Notes: a model not told the origin generated them from the sequence alone. A stretch of DNA of 64,000 nt from an uncultured archaeon (GCA_964493715.1 CAZBPC010000002.1:32001-96000), one strand, 5' to 3'. Counted from the first letter of the stretch, positions 1-10,606 are shown. Numbers and translations are program-made.

Positions 1-1
1 T

Positions 2-103
2 GTCGAACGTCAAAATACTCTAGCAACTACGAGAGGATTCATATTAAAAGATGAAAGAAATGAGAAAAAATCTAATAGGGATAATAAACCTCCTGAAATT
101 TAA
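2..103 (+). CDS. 3' end of an unidentified CDS truncated by the window start
   Basis: Open frame VERQNTLATTRGFILKDERNEKKSNRDNKPPEI* ending at TAA 101-103. Confidence 0.5.
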   Translation, partial: VERQNTLATTRGFILKDERNEKKSNRDNKPPEI

Positions 104-142
104 TCCTTTAATATATGAATATGATAATAAAATTGATGAAAA

Positions 143-1183
143 ATGTCAAAAGATTACATTCTTGATTTAAGTAGAATAAAAAGTATCACACAACCTTTAT
201 TAACCCTCCAAAATGGATTAGGGTCCCTTTCCCCTTTATTAGAGCAAATAGAGCAATCGAAAAATGGTTTTCATAAAATCCTCTTTTTAAATATGGATAA
301 ACAACAATTTAATCAGATAATAACTCTAATTCAAGAATTACATAAGGAATTAACTCAAATAACACACAAAAATATCACTAATTTCCTTGCTTTTCAAGAT
401 AATTTGTTGAAAAAATATAGGGAGCAATATAGAGATCGTTTATTAAGATTGAAAATCGACCAGGAAAAAAGTAAAAACCTTGGCCTTTACTTAATTGGTC
501 AGAAAAAAATAAGCAAGGTAGATCATCAGATTTCCTACGTTAACTCTATTATTCTGGATGACTGGTTCAATCTTTTAGATTCTTTAAATCAAAACTCTAA
601 TTTTTTGAGTTTAATCCCTAAAATAAGAGATTATTACAAAAAAATCACTCACAATAGATTAAAAATGGAATTAGAAAAGATACCTGAGGAATTTGATGTA
701 ATGATCAAACGTGAATTCAAGAATGCTTTTAATGAAGATCCTGATTTATCTTTTGAACAATTTTTCAATGAAAATGAAAAGATGTTAACTGCTGCCGATT
801 TAAACACAAGAAGAGAAGTGTTACAAAGAGTCAAGGAAAAAGAAGAATTAGAAAAATTAAAATTAAAGCAAGAAGAGCAAAATCAAGGTTATAAAGATTA
901 CTTAAAATTATCTGCAAAAGAATTTGAAAGGCGAAGGAGAAAAAAATCAAGAGAAAAATTAAGTGAGATTGATATTTCTTCCAACCCAAAAGAAGAAATA
1001 GAAATTAGTAAAGAAGTATCTGAGAAAATAGAACAATTTAAATCACAATTCGAAAAAAAATTTCAAGATGATTATTTAACAGGATTAGATCAAGAACTAG
1101 ATCCACTAGATTTAATTAGAGAAAGGAAAAAACTGAAAGCTGAAGAGTTTAAGAAATTCAAAAAACATTTTGATCAGGAATGA
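143..1183 (+). CDS. Hypothetical charged coiled-coil protein
   Basis: 346-aa ORF with K/E-rich helical C-terminus; closely linked to the next two ORFs. Confidence 0.7.
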   Translation: MSKDYILDLSRIKSITQPLLTLQNGLGSLSPLLEQIEQSKNGFHKILFLNMDKQQFNQIITLIQELHKELTQITHKNITNFLAFQDNLLKKYREQYRDRLLRLKIDQEKSKNLGLYLIGQKKISKVDHQISYVNSIILDDWFNLLDSLNQNSNFLSLIPKIRDYYKKITHNRLKMELEKIPEEFDVMIKREFKNAFNEDPDLSFEQFFNENEKMLTAADLNTRREVLQRVKEKEELEKLKLKQEEQNQGYKDYLKLSAKEFERRRRKKSREKLSEIDISSNPKEEIEISKEVSEKIEQFKSQFEKKFQDDYLTGLDQELDPLDLIRERKKLKAEEFKKFKKHFDQE

Positions 1184-1187
1184 ATAA

Positions 1188-2804
1188 ATGACAGTTGAGG
1201 ATGAACATAAACAAATAACTATAGGAACGCAGAAATATAATATCCAAGATAAGTTAACATTGATATTAGGAAAGATTAAAGACGATGACTTAATCTCATT
1301 TAAGGATGAAAATTTAGTTGATTTAATCACAAATTTAGATCCTTTACCAGTAGAGAATATTATTAAAAATCTAAAATCAGTTTACCCCGTTATCACAAAA
1401 TCGATCAATCTCTTGAAATACTTAAAAGATTATATTAAAACTATCGAATTAAATACTGAAATTATATCAGATTATAATAAATTGGCTCAGAAAATCATTC
1501 TTTCATTTCAATTCGTATTTCTGAACAATGAAAAATCTCAACTCAATGACGAATTAGAGATCGCAAAATTATCCAAGCAATCAAGTGAAATAAAAGCAAT
1601 TTCAGATTTATTGGAGAAGTTAAATGAATCTTTAGCACATAATAAAACCAATTTGACTTATTTAGAGCAAGATTACCAAAAAAAGAAAAATCAAATTGAT
1701 AAAATAAACCAAGAAATCCAAAATGCAAATGATATTATACAAAGCTTGACAAATAAGAAAAAATTATGTTTTAGGTATATCAATAACATCACACGTAATA
1801 TGGATTTATCATCAAAATTAATAATTAATGAAGCAGAAATCAATTCAACATTAGATTTAGATCCTGATTTAACCAATGCTGAAAAAATCAGAAAACTGCA
1901 AATTAAAGCAAGAGAAATACAGCATGACATAAATCAGCATAAATTAAAAATAGACGAAACTAAACTTAAATATGACAATTTATCACCCCAATTTAAAATA
2001 ATTAGTGAGGATTATGAAAAACTTGTTCATTTGATTGAAGAAGATGAAAATAAAGTAAAAAAAAAAGAACATAAACTGAAAGATATGATATCAGGATTAG
2101 ATCCTAAAATGAATGAAAAATTACAAAAAATTGATTTTAGATCTATTCAAACCCCCTCCCAAATAGAATCAGAATTATCAAATATTGAATCGAGATTAAA
2201 TACAATTTTAACAAACGAAACCTTCATCCATGATAATTCTTTTATTAAAGTCGAGGAGGTAATAAAGGAGCTTAATAAATTAATTATTTATTCAAAGAAA
2301 AATAAAAACCAAATTACAATTTCTGATGCAAATCAAAAATTCACCGATATGTTTGAAGGCTACTTCACATTAGAGTCTATTGTTAGTAAATTAGAGGAAA
2401 TACTTAATTTACTATTAAGTGAGATAGATTTACGAGTAAACTTAGAAATATCAATTACCGAAGGATATACAAAATTATTAATTCATCCTCAATTTGCCAG
2501 AAATAAGGCACAAAATTTACAATATGATGACTTAACGACCCCCGAAAAGATATTTTTCGTAATTATAATGTACATATCAATAAAAATGCTCCAAAAATCA
2601 AAAACAATACTTTTTTCAAATGTTTTCATTCCCGAATCTTATAATAAGCGAGGATCGATATTTAGAACAATTAGAAGGTTAGTCCAAATTTTTGAGAGAA
2701 ATTCTTATTTCAATGATTATACTATCGTCTTTATAATTTCAAATTTAGAATTGAAAAAACAAATGGAAAATATAAAAATAATAAAAATTAAAGAAAGTGA
2801 TTAG
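1188..2804 (+). CDS. SMC/Rad50-like coiled-coil protein with degenerate C-terminal ABC head
   Basis: Long heptad coiled coils; C-terminal YDDLTTPEKIFF resembles the LSGGEK signature, followed by a degenerate Walker B region; no Walker A seen. Confidence 0.55.
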   Translation: MTVEDEHKQITIGTQKYNIQDKLTLILGKIKDDDLISFKDENLVDLITNLDPLPVENIIKNLKSVYPVITKSINLLKYLKDYIKTIELNTEIISDYNKLAQKIILSFQFVFLNNEKSQLNDELEIAKLSKQSSEIKAISDLLEKLNESLAHNKTNLTYLEQDYQKKKNQIDKINQEIQNANDIIQSLTNKKKLCFRYINNITRNMDLSSKLIINEAEINSTLDLDPDLTNAEKIRKLQIKAREIQHDINQHKLKIDETKLKYDNLSPQFKIISEDYEKLVHLIEEDENKVKKKEHKLKDMISGLDPKMNEKLQKIDFRSIQTPSQIESELSNIESRLNTILTNETFIHDNSFIKVEEVIKELNKLIIYSKKNKNQITISDANQKFTDMFEGYFTLESIVSKLEEILNLLLSEIDLRVNLEISITEGYTKLLIHPQFARNKAQNLQYDDLTTPEKIFFVIIMYISIKMLQKSKTILFSNVFIPESYNKRGSIFRTIRRLVQIFERNSYFNDYTIVFIISNLELKKQMENIKIIKIKESD

Positions 2805-2810
2805 AAATTT

Positions 2811-3308
2811 ATGGAAAATCAAGATATTGAAACTACTGTTAGAAAAATAACAAAGCTCATTTTAACAAATCCTCAAAAATTAATAAGAGAAGAAGACTTG
2901 AAAACTTTAAGTAGCGAGCAAGATTTTGAGGATCTTATAAGTAAAGTTTACATTAATTTACAAAATGTTGGATTTGAATTAATCAAAACAAAATTTTTTG
3001 ACCAAAGCTTCTATGTGTTAACCACCGATGGCATGGATGACACTATCTCACCCTCTCAATATGGAATATTAGCTTTAATAACTGCTCTTAGTAAAGAACT
3101 AGAAGAAAATTTACCAATAAAAGATATTAAAGAATTATTTGCCGAAGTATGGGATTCAGACGTTAAATTGTTAATAGATAATGATTACTTAAGAGAAAAT
3201 GAGGATTTAGCAATTATTAGAGTTTCTCCTCTTGGAAAAGCCATACTAAAGAATATAATTCAAGATCTAAGATTAAAAAACTTGTTAAATGTTTTTGAAG
3301 AAGAATAA
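2811..3308 (+). CDS. Tandem winged-helix KITE-like protein (Nse1/ScpB/MukE-like)
   Basis: 165 aa; LQNVGFELIKT..FYVL and LIDNDYL..RVSPLGK patterns typical of WH-WH KITE subunits; next to the SMC-like gene. Confidence 0.45.
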   Translation: MENQDIETTVRKITKLILTNPQKLIREEDLKTLSSEQDFEDLISKVYINLQNVGFELIKTKFFDQSFYVLTTDGMDDTISPSQYGILALITALSKELEENLPIKDIKELFAEVWDSDVKLLIDNDYLRENEDLAIIRVSPLGKAILKNIIQDLRLKNLLNVFEEE

Positions 3309-3341
3309 CCTTATTATAATAAAAAAAAATAGAAGATGCGA

Positions 3342-3755
3342 TTATTTCTCAAGATCCAATATAAATTGCTCATAAATTTTCTTTACTCGATCCGCTGATG
3401 GCCCCGTTCCTCTCACTCCGTTTTCATCAACGATAATTTTACCATTTAAAATTGAAATAATGTTTTGATCTTCTATGTAATTAACGTGTCCAGAGAAGAT
3501 TGTTCCGATTCTCTCTGATAAAGCTACCATGGGAAATGGTTCATCTTCTATACTCACAAAATTATAATACGAGCTACGCACTAATAACTTAGGAAAAGAT
3601 TTATTTTTATCATTTTTTGCGTTCACAAGTATAAGGTTTGAATCTTCGGATACTCCTTTTAATTGACCTACAAAAAATCCATCTCCCTCTAAGTAGACCT
3701 TAACGATCTTATCTATGAGTAAACCTAATTCTTGATTATATGATCTAAGCGACAT
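3342..3755 (-). CDS. Lsm/Sm-like protein with C-terminal extension (SmAP3-like)
   Basis: Sm fold motif (VKVYL..G..FVGQLKG...NLILVNA) plus LSM C-terminal domain ending GPSADRVKKIY. Confidence 0.75.
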   Translation of the reverse strand: MSLRSYNQELGLLIDKIVKVYLEGDGFFVGQLKGVSEDSNLILVNAKNDKNKSFPKLLVRSSYYNFVSIEDEPFPMVALSERIGTIFSGHVNYIEDQNIISILNGKIIVDENGVRGTGPSADRVKKIYEQFILDLEK

Positions 3756-3856
3756 GTTTATGATTAATTAAGATTATTTTCTATGTTATTAATATTAAAT
3801 ATGATCATTTGCTTTTATTCTTAATTCAGATCAGTATGCGATTTCTTATATTTATA

Positions 3857-4495
3857 TTAAGAAAGGAGTAAATTAATCAAATTAGATATATTCTCTCCAG
3901 TCTGTGCGCTTGTAGGAATTACTTCTAAATTAGGATTAATCTCTTTTGCATCTAAAATCATTTCGTCAATATCTACATCAATAACATCTAATAAATCGAT
4001 TTTATTAATTATTGCTATATCTGACATCTTGAATAGCAAAGGATGTTTTTTTATCACCCATTCTCCTTCTGTAATGGATACAACGACAATTCTTTTATCA
4101 GCACCTAAAATAAAATCAGATGGGCAAATCAAGTTTCCCACATTTTCAATAAAAACAATATCATAATTACTTAAATCGATATTTTTTAGCACTTGATTGA
4201 TATGATAAGAATTTAAAGCACATTCCCTTCCAGTATTTATTTGAATCGATTTTGCCCCATATTGTTCGATCCTGTCAGCATCAATTCTTGTTGCAACATC
4301 ACCATTAATAACAAGTACGTTGTTATCATTAGAAATTTTTTTAACGATTGCCTCTAGTAAGGCAGTTTTACCTGCTCCAATAGCACCTACAATATCAAAC
4401 GATTTTATATTATGTTTTCTAAATAGTTCACTATTTTTGGATGCTAATCTCTCATTATTATCGATTAAGTCTTCATTTAACTCAATAATTTTCAT
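3857..4495 (-). CDS. hypB: Hydrogenase nickel incorporation GTPase HypB
   Basis: GAIGAGKT, IENVGNLICP and NKIDL motifs. Confidence 0.93.
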   Translation of the reverse strand: MKIIELNEDLIDNNERLASKNSELFRKHNIKSFDIVGAIGAGKTALLEAIVKKISNDNNVLVINGDVATRIDADRIEQYGAKSIQINTGRECALNSYHINQVLKNIDLSNYDIVFIENVGNLICPSDFILGADKRIVVVSITEGEWVIKKHPLLFKMSDIAIINKIDLLDVIDVDIDEMILDAKEINPNLEVIPTSAQTGENISNLINLLLS

Positions 4496-4522
4496 GATAT
4501 TTGTTTTTAGTTTTTTTTGATT

Positions 4523-5449
4523 TTAGTATCTACTTCTTATTTGATATCGAAATACAACATAAGCTCCAATGATTCCACCTAAATCAGGGAGATAGTATAT
4601 GAAAGAGAGAGGGCTAAATAATACTGGGAAAATCCTCAGTAATATGATTATAATTAATAAGGTTTTTCCTTTCAACCTTACTGGAATGATCATCATTAGC
4701 GCTGTTATTTCTTGATTCATTACGGGGAATATTGAATATGAAATTAAACCTAAAATACCTCCCCATGCGAATCCTATAGGAATTGCCACTAAATTTATTG
4801 GTGCAATACTAATTAATGAAAATCTTAAAAGGATAAATAACAAAAGAGAAAAAAAACTTGATATCATAAAAAGTTTGAAAAGAAAGGATGATCCAAATCT
4901 TATTTCAATAGATCTGGAGAGCAAATACGTGAAAAATAACATTATCGCTAAAAAAAATATATCAATAAATGCATAGTAGCTAAATAAATTAATTTCTGTA
5001 ATGAATAGAGAAGTGAGAATCGTTTGAAATGCGTAATTATTTATTAATCCATTCAAACTAAAATAAATAAATAATTGAAGATTGTTTGCTGCAAAGAATG
5101 ATGCAACTATGGAAAAGACTAAAATAAAAATTAATAGTGTTTTTGTCCCTCTAAAATTCGTGCTCCAATTATTTGAGCGTTTTACTCTTGGTAAATAATT
5201 TTGGTCTTGCCGTTTTAAGTAATTATTCAATTGTTTTTGCTGCTTGGACTTAGATTTTATTTTTTTTGGTTTAATAAGTAAAGGATCCCCTCCAGTAGAA
5301 GTCTTCGGTACTAAGGGGATATGCTTTAATTCAAACGTACACTGATGATTCTCAGGTAATCTATGCTTCTTACAAAATTGTTTCCCGCAGTATTTGCACC
5401 GAAACGGTAAATATCCAATTTCTTCTCCACAAAATTTACATAAGGACAT
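4523..5449 (-). CDS. AN1 zinc finger fused to rhomboid-like (probably inactive) membrane domain
   Basis: N-terminal CKFC..CKYCGKQFCKKHRLPENHQC; IEIRFGS, GFAWGG and DLGGIIG rhomboid-like motifs. Confidence 0.75.
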   Translation of the reverse strand: MSLCKFCGEEIGYLPFRCKYCGKQFCKKHRLPENHQCTFELKHIPLVPKTSTGGDPLLIKPKKIKSKSKQQKQLNNYLKRQDQNYLPRVKRSNNWSTNFRGTKTLLIFILVFSIVASFFAANNLQLFIYFSLNGLINNYAFQTILTSLFITEINLFSYYAFIDIFFLAIMLFFTYLLSRSIEIRFGSSFLFKLFMISSFFSLLLFILLRFSLISIAPINLVAIPIGFAWGGILGLISYSIFPVMNQEITALMMIIPVRLKGKTLLIIIILLRIFPVLFSPLSFIYYLPDLGGIIGAYVVFRYQIRSRY

Positions 5450-5547
5450 TAGATAGCGATATTCAAATATATTAATTTAAAAATATCATGAAACTCATTG
5501 ATACTCTATAATTATGGTTTATAAAAAAATGATTCTGTTAAATTTTA

Positions 5548-6480
5548 TTATATCGGGATATATGGATTCGATCCAACTGGGGCATATATACTAATCAAGG
5601 TTATAACTAATAATACCGTTAAAGGTACTATGAGAGTGATATAAACTTTTTTGCTCCATTTCCAGATATTCTGACCATCTAAAATTCCAAAGGGGATCAT
5701 GTTAAATAAACCAAGCATGAAATTAAATTGAGCTCCATATCCAATAAAATAATTCAAGGGATATAATACAGGGGGTATTATGTAAGAAATTAATAATAGA
5801 ATAGAACCATAAATCAAATTAACAAGGGGTCCAGCAGCTTTACATAATCCTGTTTTCCTACTTACTTTATCTAACCCTAAAACGACTACCGCTCCGGGTA
5901 AAGCCATTCGTCCCAATGATATTAACGTCATGAGCATCCCGTAAGTAAGCAATCTGAATTTTGTTTGCAAGCCAAAATGAAGTGCTACCTGCCGGTGACC
6001 AAATTCATGGAAGAGAAAAGCGGTCACGTAAAATGCTGAAAGCATGAACCAAGCCCAAATTAAACCATATGATACCACGTCAAAAAACGACACAAGTCCA
6101 ATAATAAATATTAGAGTGCTTGCGATCAGAAAATGCACTAATTCCGATTTATGTGCTAATAGAATCCCTTTAAATTTTATCCCCGAATTCGGATCAAATG
6201 CATTATCAGGAATTTGTTTTTCTTGTTTATACCACGTATATGTACCGTCAGTGGTTCCTCGAATTATAGAACTTCCTGATTCATTTTCAACCATAGATGA
6301 TCGAATTGAGGAAGTGACTGATTGAGGGCTTGCTTGAAATATTTGAACAGTTGAAGATTCTTTAACTATATTACATTCATGGTCTATTGGATCTTTATGA
6401 AGAAAACAATAATTCTGTCCACATTGAATACAATTATGTATTTCTGGAACAACTTCTCCGCAATGGTAACATATTGGTAT
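5548..6480 (-). CDS. AN1-like zinc finger fused to site-2 protease (peptidase M50); probable ATA start
   Basis: HEFGH and NMIPFGILDG M50 motifs; frame is open 62 codons upstream of ATG 6294 and encodes CYHC..CIQCGQNYCFLH..HEC. Confidence 0.8.
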   Translation of the reverse strand: MPICYHCGEVVPEIHNCIQCGQNYCFLHKDPIDHECNIVKESSTVQIFQASPQSVTSSIRSSMVENESGSSIIRGTTDGTYTWYKQEKQIPDNAFDPNSGIKFKGILLAHKSELVHFLIASTLIFIIGLVSFFDVVSYGLIWAWFMLSAFYVTAFLFHEFGHRQVALHFGLQTKFRLLTYGMLMTLISLGRMALPGAVVVLGLDKVSRKTGLCKAAGPLVNLIYGSILLLISYIIPPVLYPLNYFIGYGAQFNFMLGLFNMIPFGILDGQNIWKWSKKVYITLIVPLTVLLVITLISIYAPVGSNPYIPI

Positions 6481-6651
6481 TATGAAAAACCTCTTTATGA
6501 TAATTTAATAAAAATATAATATATATTATGATATATAATTTGATATATAAAATTCCATGCTTTTAATTGTCATCAAAATAGATTTATTAGGTCGTAGTTG
6601 GATAAATTAATTATATTCAAAATTATTGATCTGGATAATAAGAAATTAATT

Positions 6652-6783
6652 ATGAGTGATGAAGAAAATAAACCGACTTCTGAGGATATAAAAAAAGAAC
6701 GAAAAAATTTAGAAGAGCTAGGAGTGACTAGCACATGGAATCTTTTATCTGATTTAGCAAAGAAAAAAAAAGATGATGATTAA
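6652..6783 (+). CDS. Small charged hypothetical protein (43 aa)
   Basis: MSDEENKPTSEDIKKERKNLEELGVTSTWNLLSDLAKKKKDDD; protein-like composition. Confidence 0.45.
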   Translation: MSDEENKPTSEDIKKERKNLEELGVTSTWNLLSDLAKKKKDDD

Positions 6784-6907
6784 AGATTCTTATCAAATCT
6801 TTTAAAATTCACAATTGCTTTTTTGGATTCAAAAAATAAATTAAAGAAGAATAATTTTAGAAAATAATAAAAACATCAACATTTGGTCGATTAATACGGG
6901 GAAAAAC

Positions 6908-7126
6908 GTGGTCTATTGTCCAGTGTGCGAAGCAAACGTAGAGCTAAGGCGTAAAAATTTTGAACATATCTACCACGAAGTATTATGTTTTTTGGTTACA
7001 CTTACCGCAGGCCTAGGATTCATCGTCTATCTTATTTTAAAATATAGTAAACCGAAAAATCGTTGCCCAAATTGTGAGTTACAATTTGATTTAAACAACC
7101 TACCCAATATATTGGAGAAAAATTAA
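6908..7126 (+). CDS. LITAF-like small zinc-binding membrane protein
   Basis: CPVC - hydrophobic helix - CPNC architecture. Confidence 0.6.
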   Translation: MVYCPVCEANVELRRKNFEHIYHEVLCFLVTLTAGLGFIVYLILKYSKPKNRCPNCELQFDLNNLPNILEKN

Positions 7127-7404
7127 ACATCAACTACTTTTACCTTCATTTCCTTCTTACATCGTGGGCAAATCTTATCGTTATCTTTAAGGTTTTTCTT
7201 TCTTAATATTTTTTTATACTTACACTTCGAATCTGAACAAGTTAATACAAATTTAGTTAATAAATGTGAGTCCTTATTAGTTTCTACAACTGGTGGTTGA
7301 AATTCGAATTCCTCAATTTTATCTTCTATTTTTCTTTTTTTTGGAGGTTTCTTTTGAACTTTTTTGTTATCTCCATTATCTTTTATCCATTTATCTAAGC
7401 TCAT
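7123..7404 (-). CDS. Small zinc-ribbon hypothetical protein
   Basis: CSDSKC...CPRC; N-terminal SLDKW. Confidence 0.65.
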   Translation of the reverse strand: MSLDKWIKDNGDNKKVQKKPPKKRKIEDKIEEFEFQPPVVETNKDSHLLTKFVLTCSDSKCKYKKILRKKNLKDNDKICPRCKKEMKVKVVDV

Positions 7405-7547
7405 AACATAACCACTGATTTTATAGCATTTATTCGATCATTGTAATATTACATCTAAATATTATTACTTCATCTTGCTACAAATAATATAATTCTGATC
7501 TATATATAAAAAAATAGTAAAAATAAAAATTAGGTTTGATTAGAGTT

Positions 7548-8789
7548 CTAAAAAACTTGTTCTTTCCCTTCTATTAAACGTTTTCTTAAAAGTATTAAGC
7601 TTTCTTTTCTCAACATTTCTTCACTTACTTCAGCCGCTATTTTTTCAATGCTTGTAAAGTTCACATTTTCAGCTGGGATCAATTCAATTGAATTTATCCA
7701 AGGGTCAGTTATGGGACGACCAATCTGAGATAGTAGTTTAACATGTGCCTCTATGATATCTCCTTCTCCTCGGTTTACAATCGCTCTGGCCATGTTTGTT
7801 GCTAAGATATTGTATATTTTTCCGACATGATTAATCGGGTTCTTTCCACAAACAGCTTCTAAACTCATTGTACGGCAAGGAGTGATCAAACCATTCGATC
7901 GATTTCCACGACCAACTTCACCATCATCACCAGCTTCTGCAGAAGTTCCTGTAATTGTAAGATATACTAATCCCTTTTCGAGGTTATCGCCTACATTTAC
8001 TTGACAAGTGACTTCTCTATCTGGAATTATTTTTGCTGCTAAATCCAAAACTGCATCTTTAATTTGGTTAGTGTAGCTTACATATTCATCAAGATCATTA
8101 ATGTATTTGCTAACCATTGCTGCTGCGATTGTAATTCCTACGTTATTCCCAATCCTTTCAGTCATTACCTTTATATCTTCTCCTGAACCTTTACACTTAT
8201 CTTTAAATTGTGGAGAATTTAGTAATCTTTCCGCTTCTAAAGTTATATTCTCAACATCAGAGAAGGGAGCAAAACCTACACCGAAACTTGTGTCATTTGC
8301 TAAAGGAACTTCATTAGAATGATGCGATGAGTCAAAAACTCCTGTCAAGTCAATTGATCCTGGACGAACAGCATAATCAAATTGTATATCTCGATTTAAA
8401 TCAAGGTTTCTAAAAATTTTTTCTAATTCAGTTCGTTGGGTTTCGATGCATATTGTCGCAACGGGAATATAATCTAACTTAGTTTCAGTTCCACACTCAG
8501 TAAGAATCTGATTGATAGCTCTCCCTACGATTAGAAAATATTGAGGTTGGATTATCATCCCTCCACCATAAGCAGGTTTCGCAGTTCCTCCAACTAAAGC
8601 TGCTTTATCGACATTATGATGGTATACGCGATCATAATGTTTTAAATAATATGCACATAACGCTCTTGAGCAAGCATCTGCGACAGCATCACATACAGTG
8701 TCTGGATGCCCTATTCCTTTCCTTTCAACTATTTCGGGATTTTGACTTTTTTCGATTGGTAAAAAATTTGCATTTGTTATTTTTAACAT
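7548..8789 (-). CDS. mat: Archaeal S-adenosylmethionine synthetase
   Basis: [27 protein letters not shown] and [13 protein letters not shown] motifs. Confidence 0.95.
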   Translation of the reverse strand: MLKITNANFLPIEKSQNPEIVERKGIGHPDTVCDAVADACSRALCAYYLKHYDRVYHHNVDKAALVGGTAKPAYGGGMIIQPQYFLIVGRAINQILTECGTETKLDYIPVATICIETQRTELEKIFRNLDLNRDIQFDYAVRPGSIDLTGVFDSSHHSNEVPLANDTSFGVGFAPFSDVENITLEAERLLNSPQFKDKCKGSGEDIKVMTERIGNNVGITIAAAMVSKYINDLDEYVSYTNQIKDAVLDLAAKIIPDREVTCQVNVGDNLEKGLVYLTITGTSAEAGDDGEVGRGNRSNGLITPCRTMSLEAVCGKNPINHVGKIYNILATNMARAIVNRGEGDIIEAHVKLLSQIGRPITDPWINSIELIPAENVNFTSIEKIAAEVSEEMLRKESLILLRKRLIEGKEQVF

Positions 8790-8963
8790 GTTGCTAAACC
8801 AAGTTCTTATACATATAACTATGTTTTTATTTTAACTATGTTTTTAAATTAATGAGCTTATTTAATAATTATTGAAATGAAAATATCTCTGCAGCATTTT
8901 TTATGCATTCAGATTATACTAAATAAATTTTATGGATAAGTAATTAGAAATAAAGAAAGAGTT

Positions 8964-9533
8964 ATGAAAATCTTACCAGAATTTAAGGAAATCAAAGCTT
9001 TGAGGAAGTCTTTGAATATCAGCCAGAAAGAACTTGGAAAAATCTTAGAAATTCCCCAATCTACAATTTCTCGAATTGAAAATGAAACCATGGATCCTCC
9101 ATATTCTAAATTTAAGAAAATTTACGAATTTTTAGAGATAGAGCGTAGAAAGAGAAAGCAAACAGAAAATATCGCTGGTGATATTATGACAAAAAAAATT
9201 TATAGCATTGACTCGCGCTCAACAATGAAAGATGCGATGGAAATAATGAATAAATATAGCATTTCCCAAATACCAATAATAGAGAATAATGGGCAGAATT
9301 TAGGGAGTATAACTTCTAAAAAAATCCAAAAACTCATCATTGATAACCCAGAACTTATTAATACCAATGTATTGAATTTTAAAGAATTACCGTTTCCAGA
9401 GGTAGAAAAAACTTGGAATGTTAAGGATATTTCAAATCTTTTGGTGAATTATTCAGCTGTTTTAGTAAAGGAGTTTGATGAATATTTGGGAATCATAACT
9501 GATTCGAATTTTCTTAAATTAACTTTAAGGTGA
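8964..9533 (+). CDS. HTH (Cro/C1) plus CBS-domain transcriptional regulator
   Basis: ISQKELG..QSTISRIENETMDP followed by a CBS pair. Confidence 0.9.
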   Translation: MKILPEFKEIKALRKSLNISQKELGKILEIPQSTISRIENETMDPPYSKFKKIYEFLEIERRKRKQTENIAGDIMTKKIYSIDSRSTMKDAMEIMNKYSISQIPIIENNGQNLGSITSKKIQKLIIDNPELINTNVLNFKELPFPEVEKTWNVKDISNLLVNYSAVLVKEFDEYLGIITDSNFLKLTLR

Positions 9534-9600
9534 TGTGAATCAATTTTAAATCAAAAAAAGAATTTTTTAAGTAATTCATATTTCTAGTAATGTAGATATT

Positions 9601-10605
9601 ATGGATGATATTCTTGAAAAAATAAATTTCATTTTGAAAAAAGCTAATTTTGAAACATTTTTACTTAATAATTTCTATGAAAAAAAGAATAAATTTTGTT
9701 TTGATCTGTTAGCAAAAAAGCAAGGAACTATTTTTAGTGTTAAAATATTTTCAAATATTGATAATCTTAATAAAGACTTAGTAAATGATATTAAATCACT
9801 GTCAATCTTGCTTAAATCAAAACCTTTACTGATAGGTCTTAGAAATAGATACCAAAACTTAGAGGATAATGCTCTATATATGCGATATGGATTGCCTTTT
9901 ATTTCGATTAATACATTTGAAAAAATTATAGAAAATGACGAATATCCATACATATTAGCTAGGAGAGGAGGTGGCATTATTTTCTTGGATGGGCAACTTA
10001 TGAAATTAAAAAGAGAATCTGAAGCAATCTCACGAAAGGAGCTTTCAGAGAAATTGGGTGTTACGAAAAGAACAGTTTGTGCCTATGAAAATGATAGTAT
10101 GCGGCCTTCAGAGAGTATTGCTTTAAAAATTCTTGAATTATTACATGATAATATGATCCTAAAGAGAATGAATCCATTTGGCTGGAAGATAAAATTTGAC
10201 TTTAAAGAAACCTCTATTAGTGAAGAAAAAGATTTAAACCCTTTTGAAACTCATATACATGACGTCATTGAGGATATTGGAATGTCAACATATTGGTATA
10301 GTAAAGGACCCATCCCTTTCAAATTTTCTATTTATTCCCCTTCTGAACCCCAGGTTAATGTTTATCCAATCTTTTCAGGGATCTCTGAAGAACAAAAAAA
10401 AATATCAGAAACTAATTTAAAATGCTTGAAAATATTCACAAATTTATTTCAGAAAAAAAGTCTATTAATTGTAACCAACGAAATTAAAGTAACCGATACT
10501 ATTAAGCAAAACTTTATTCCAATTGTAAAAATTAAAGACTTAGAAAAAGTAGATAACGAAGATGAATTTATTGAACTCGTCAAAGGAACGACAAACAACA
10601 TCTAA
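9601..10605 (+). CDS. Archaeal HTH transcriptional regulator (COG1395-like)
   Basis: CFDLLAKK..VKIFSNID, ARRGG, internal HTH SRKELSEKLGVTKRTVCAYE. Confidence 0.85.
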   Translation: MDDILEKINFILKKANFETFLLNNFYEKKNKFCFDLLAKKQGTIFSVKIFSNIDNLNKDLVNDIKSLSILLKSKPLLIGLRNRYQNLEDNALYMRYGLPFISINTFEKIIENDEYPYILARRGGGIIFLDGQLMKLKRESEAISRKELSEKLGVTKRTVCAYENDSMRPSESIALKILELLHDNMILKRMNPFGWKIKFDFKETSISEEKDLNPFETHIHDVIEDIGMSTYWYSKGPIPFKFSIYSPSEPQVNVYPIFSGISEEQKKISETNLKCLKIFTNLFQKKSLLIVTNEIKVTDTIKQNFIPIVKIKDLEKVDNEDEFIELVKGTTNNI

Positions 10606-10606
10606 A

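Noticed and set aside
8460-8525. Extra residues in SAM synthetase ([15 protein letters not shown]) as an in-frame intron
   Set aside because: No BHB geometry found and the frame is uninterrupted
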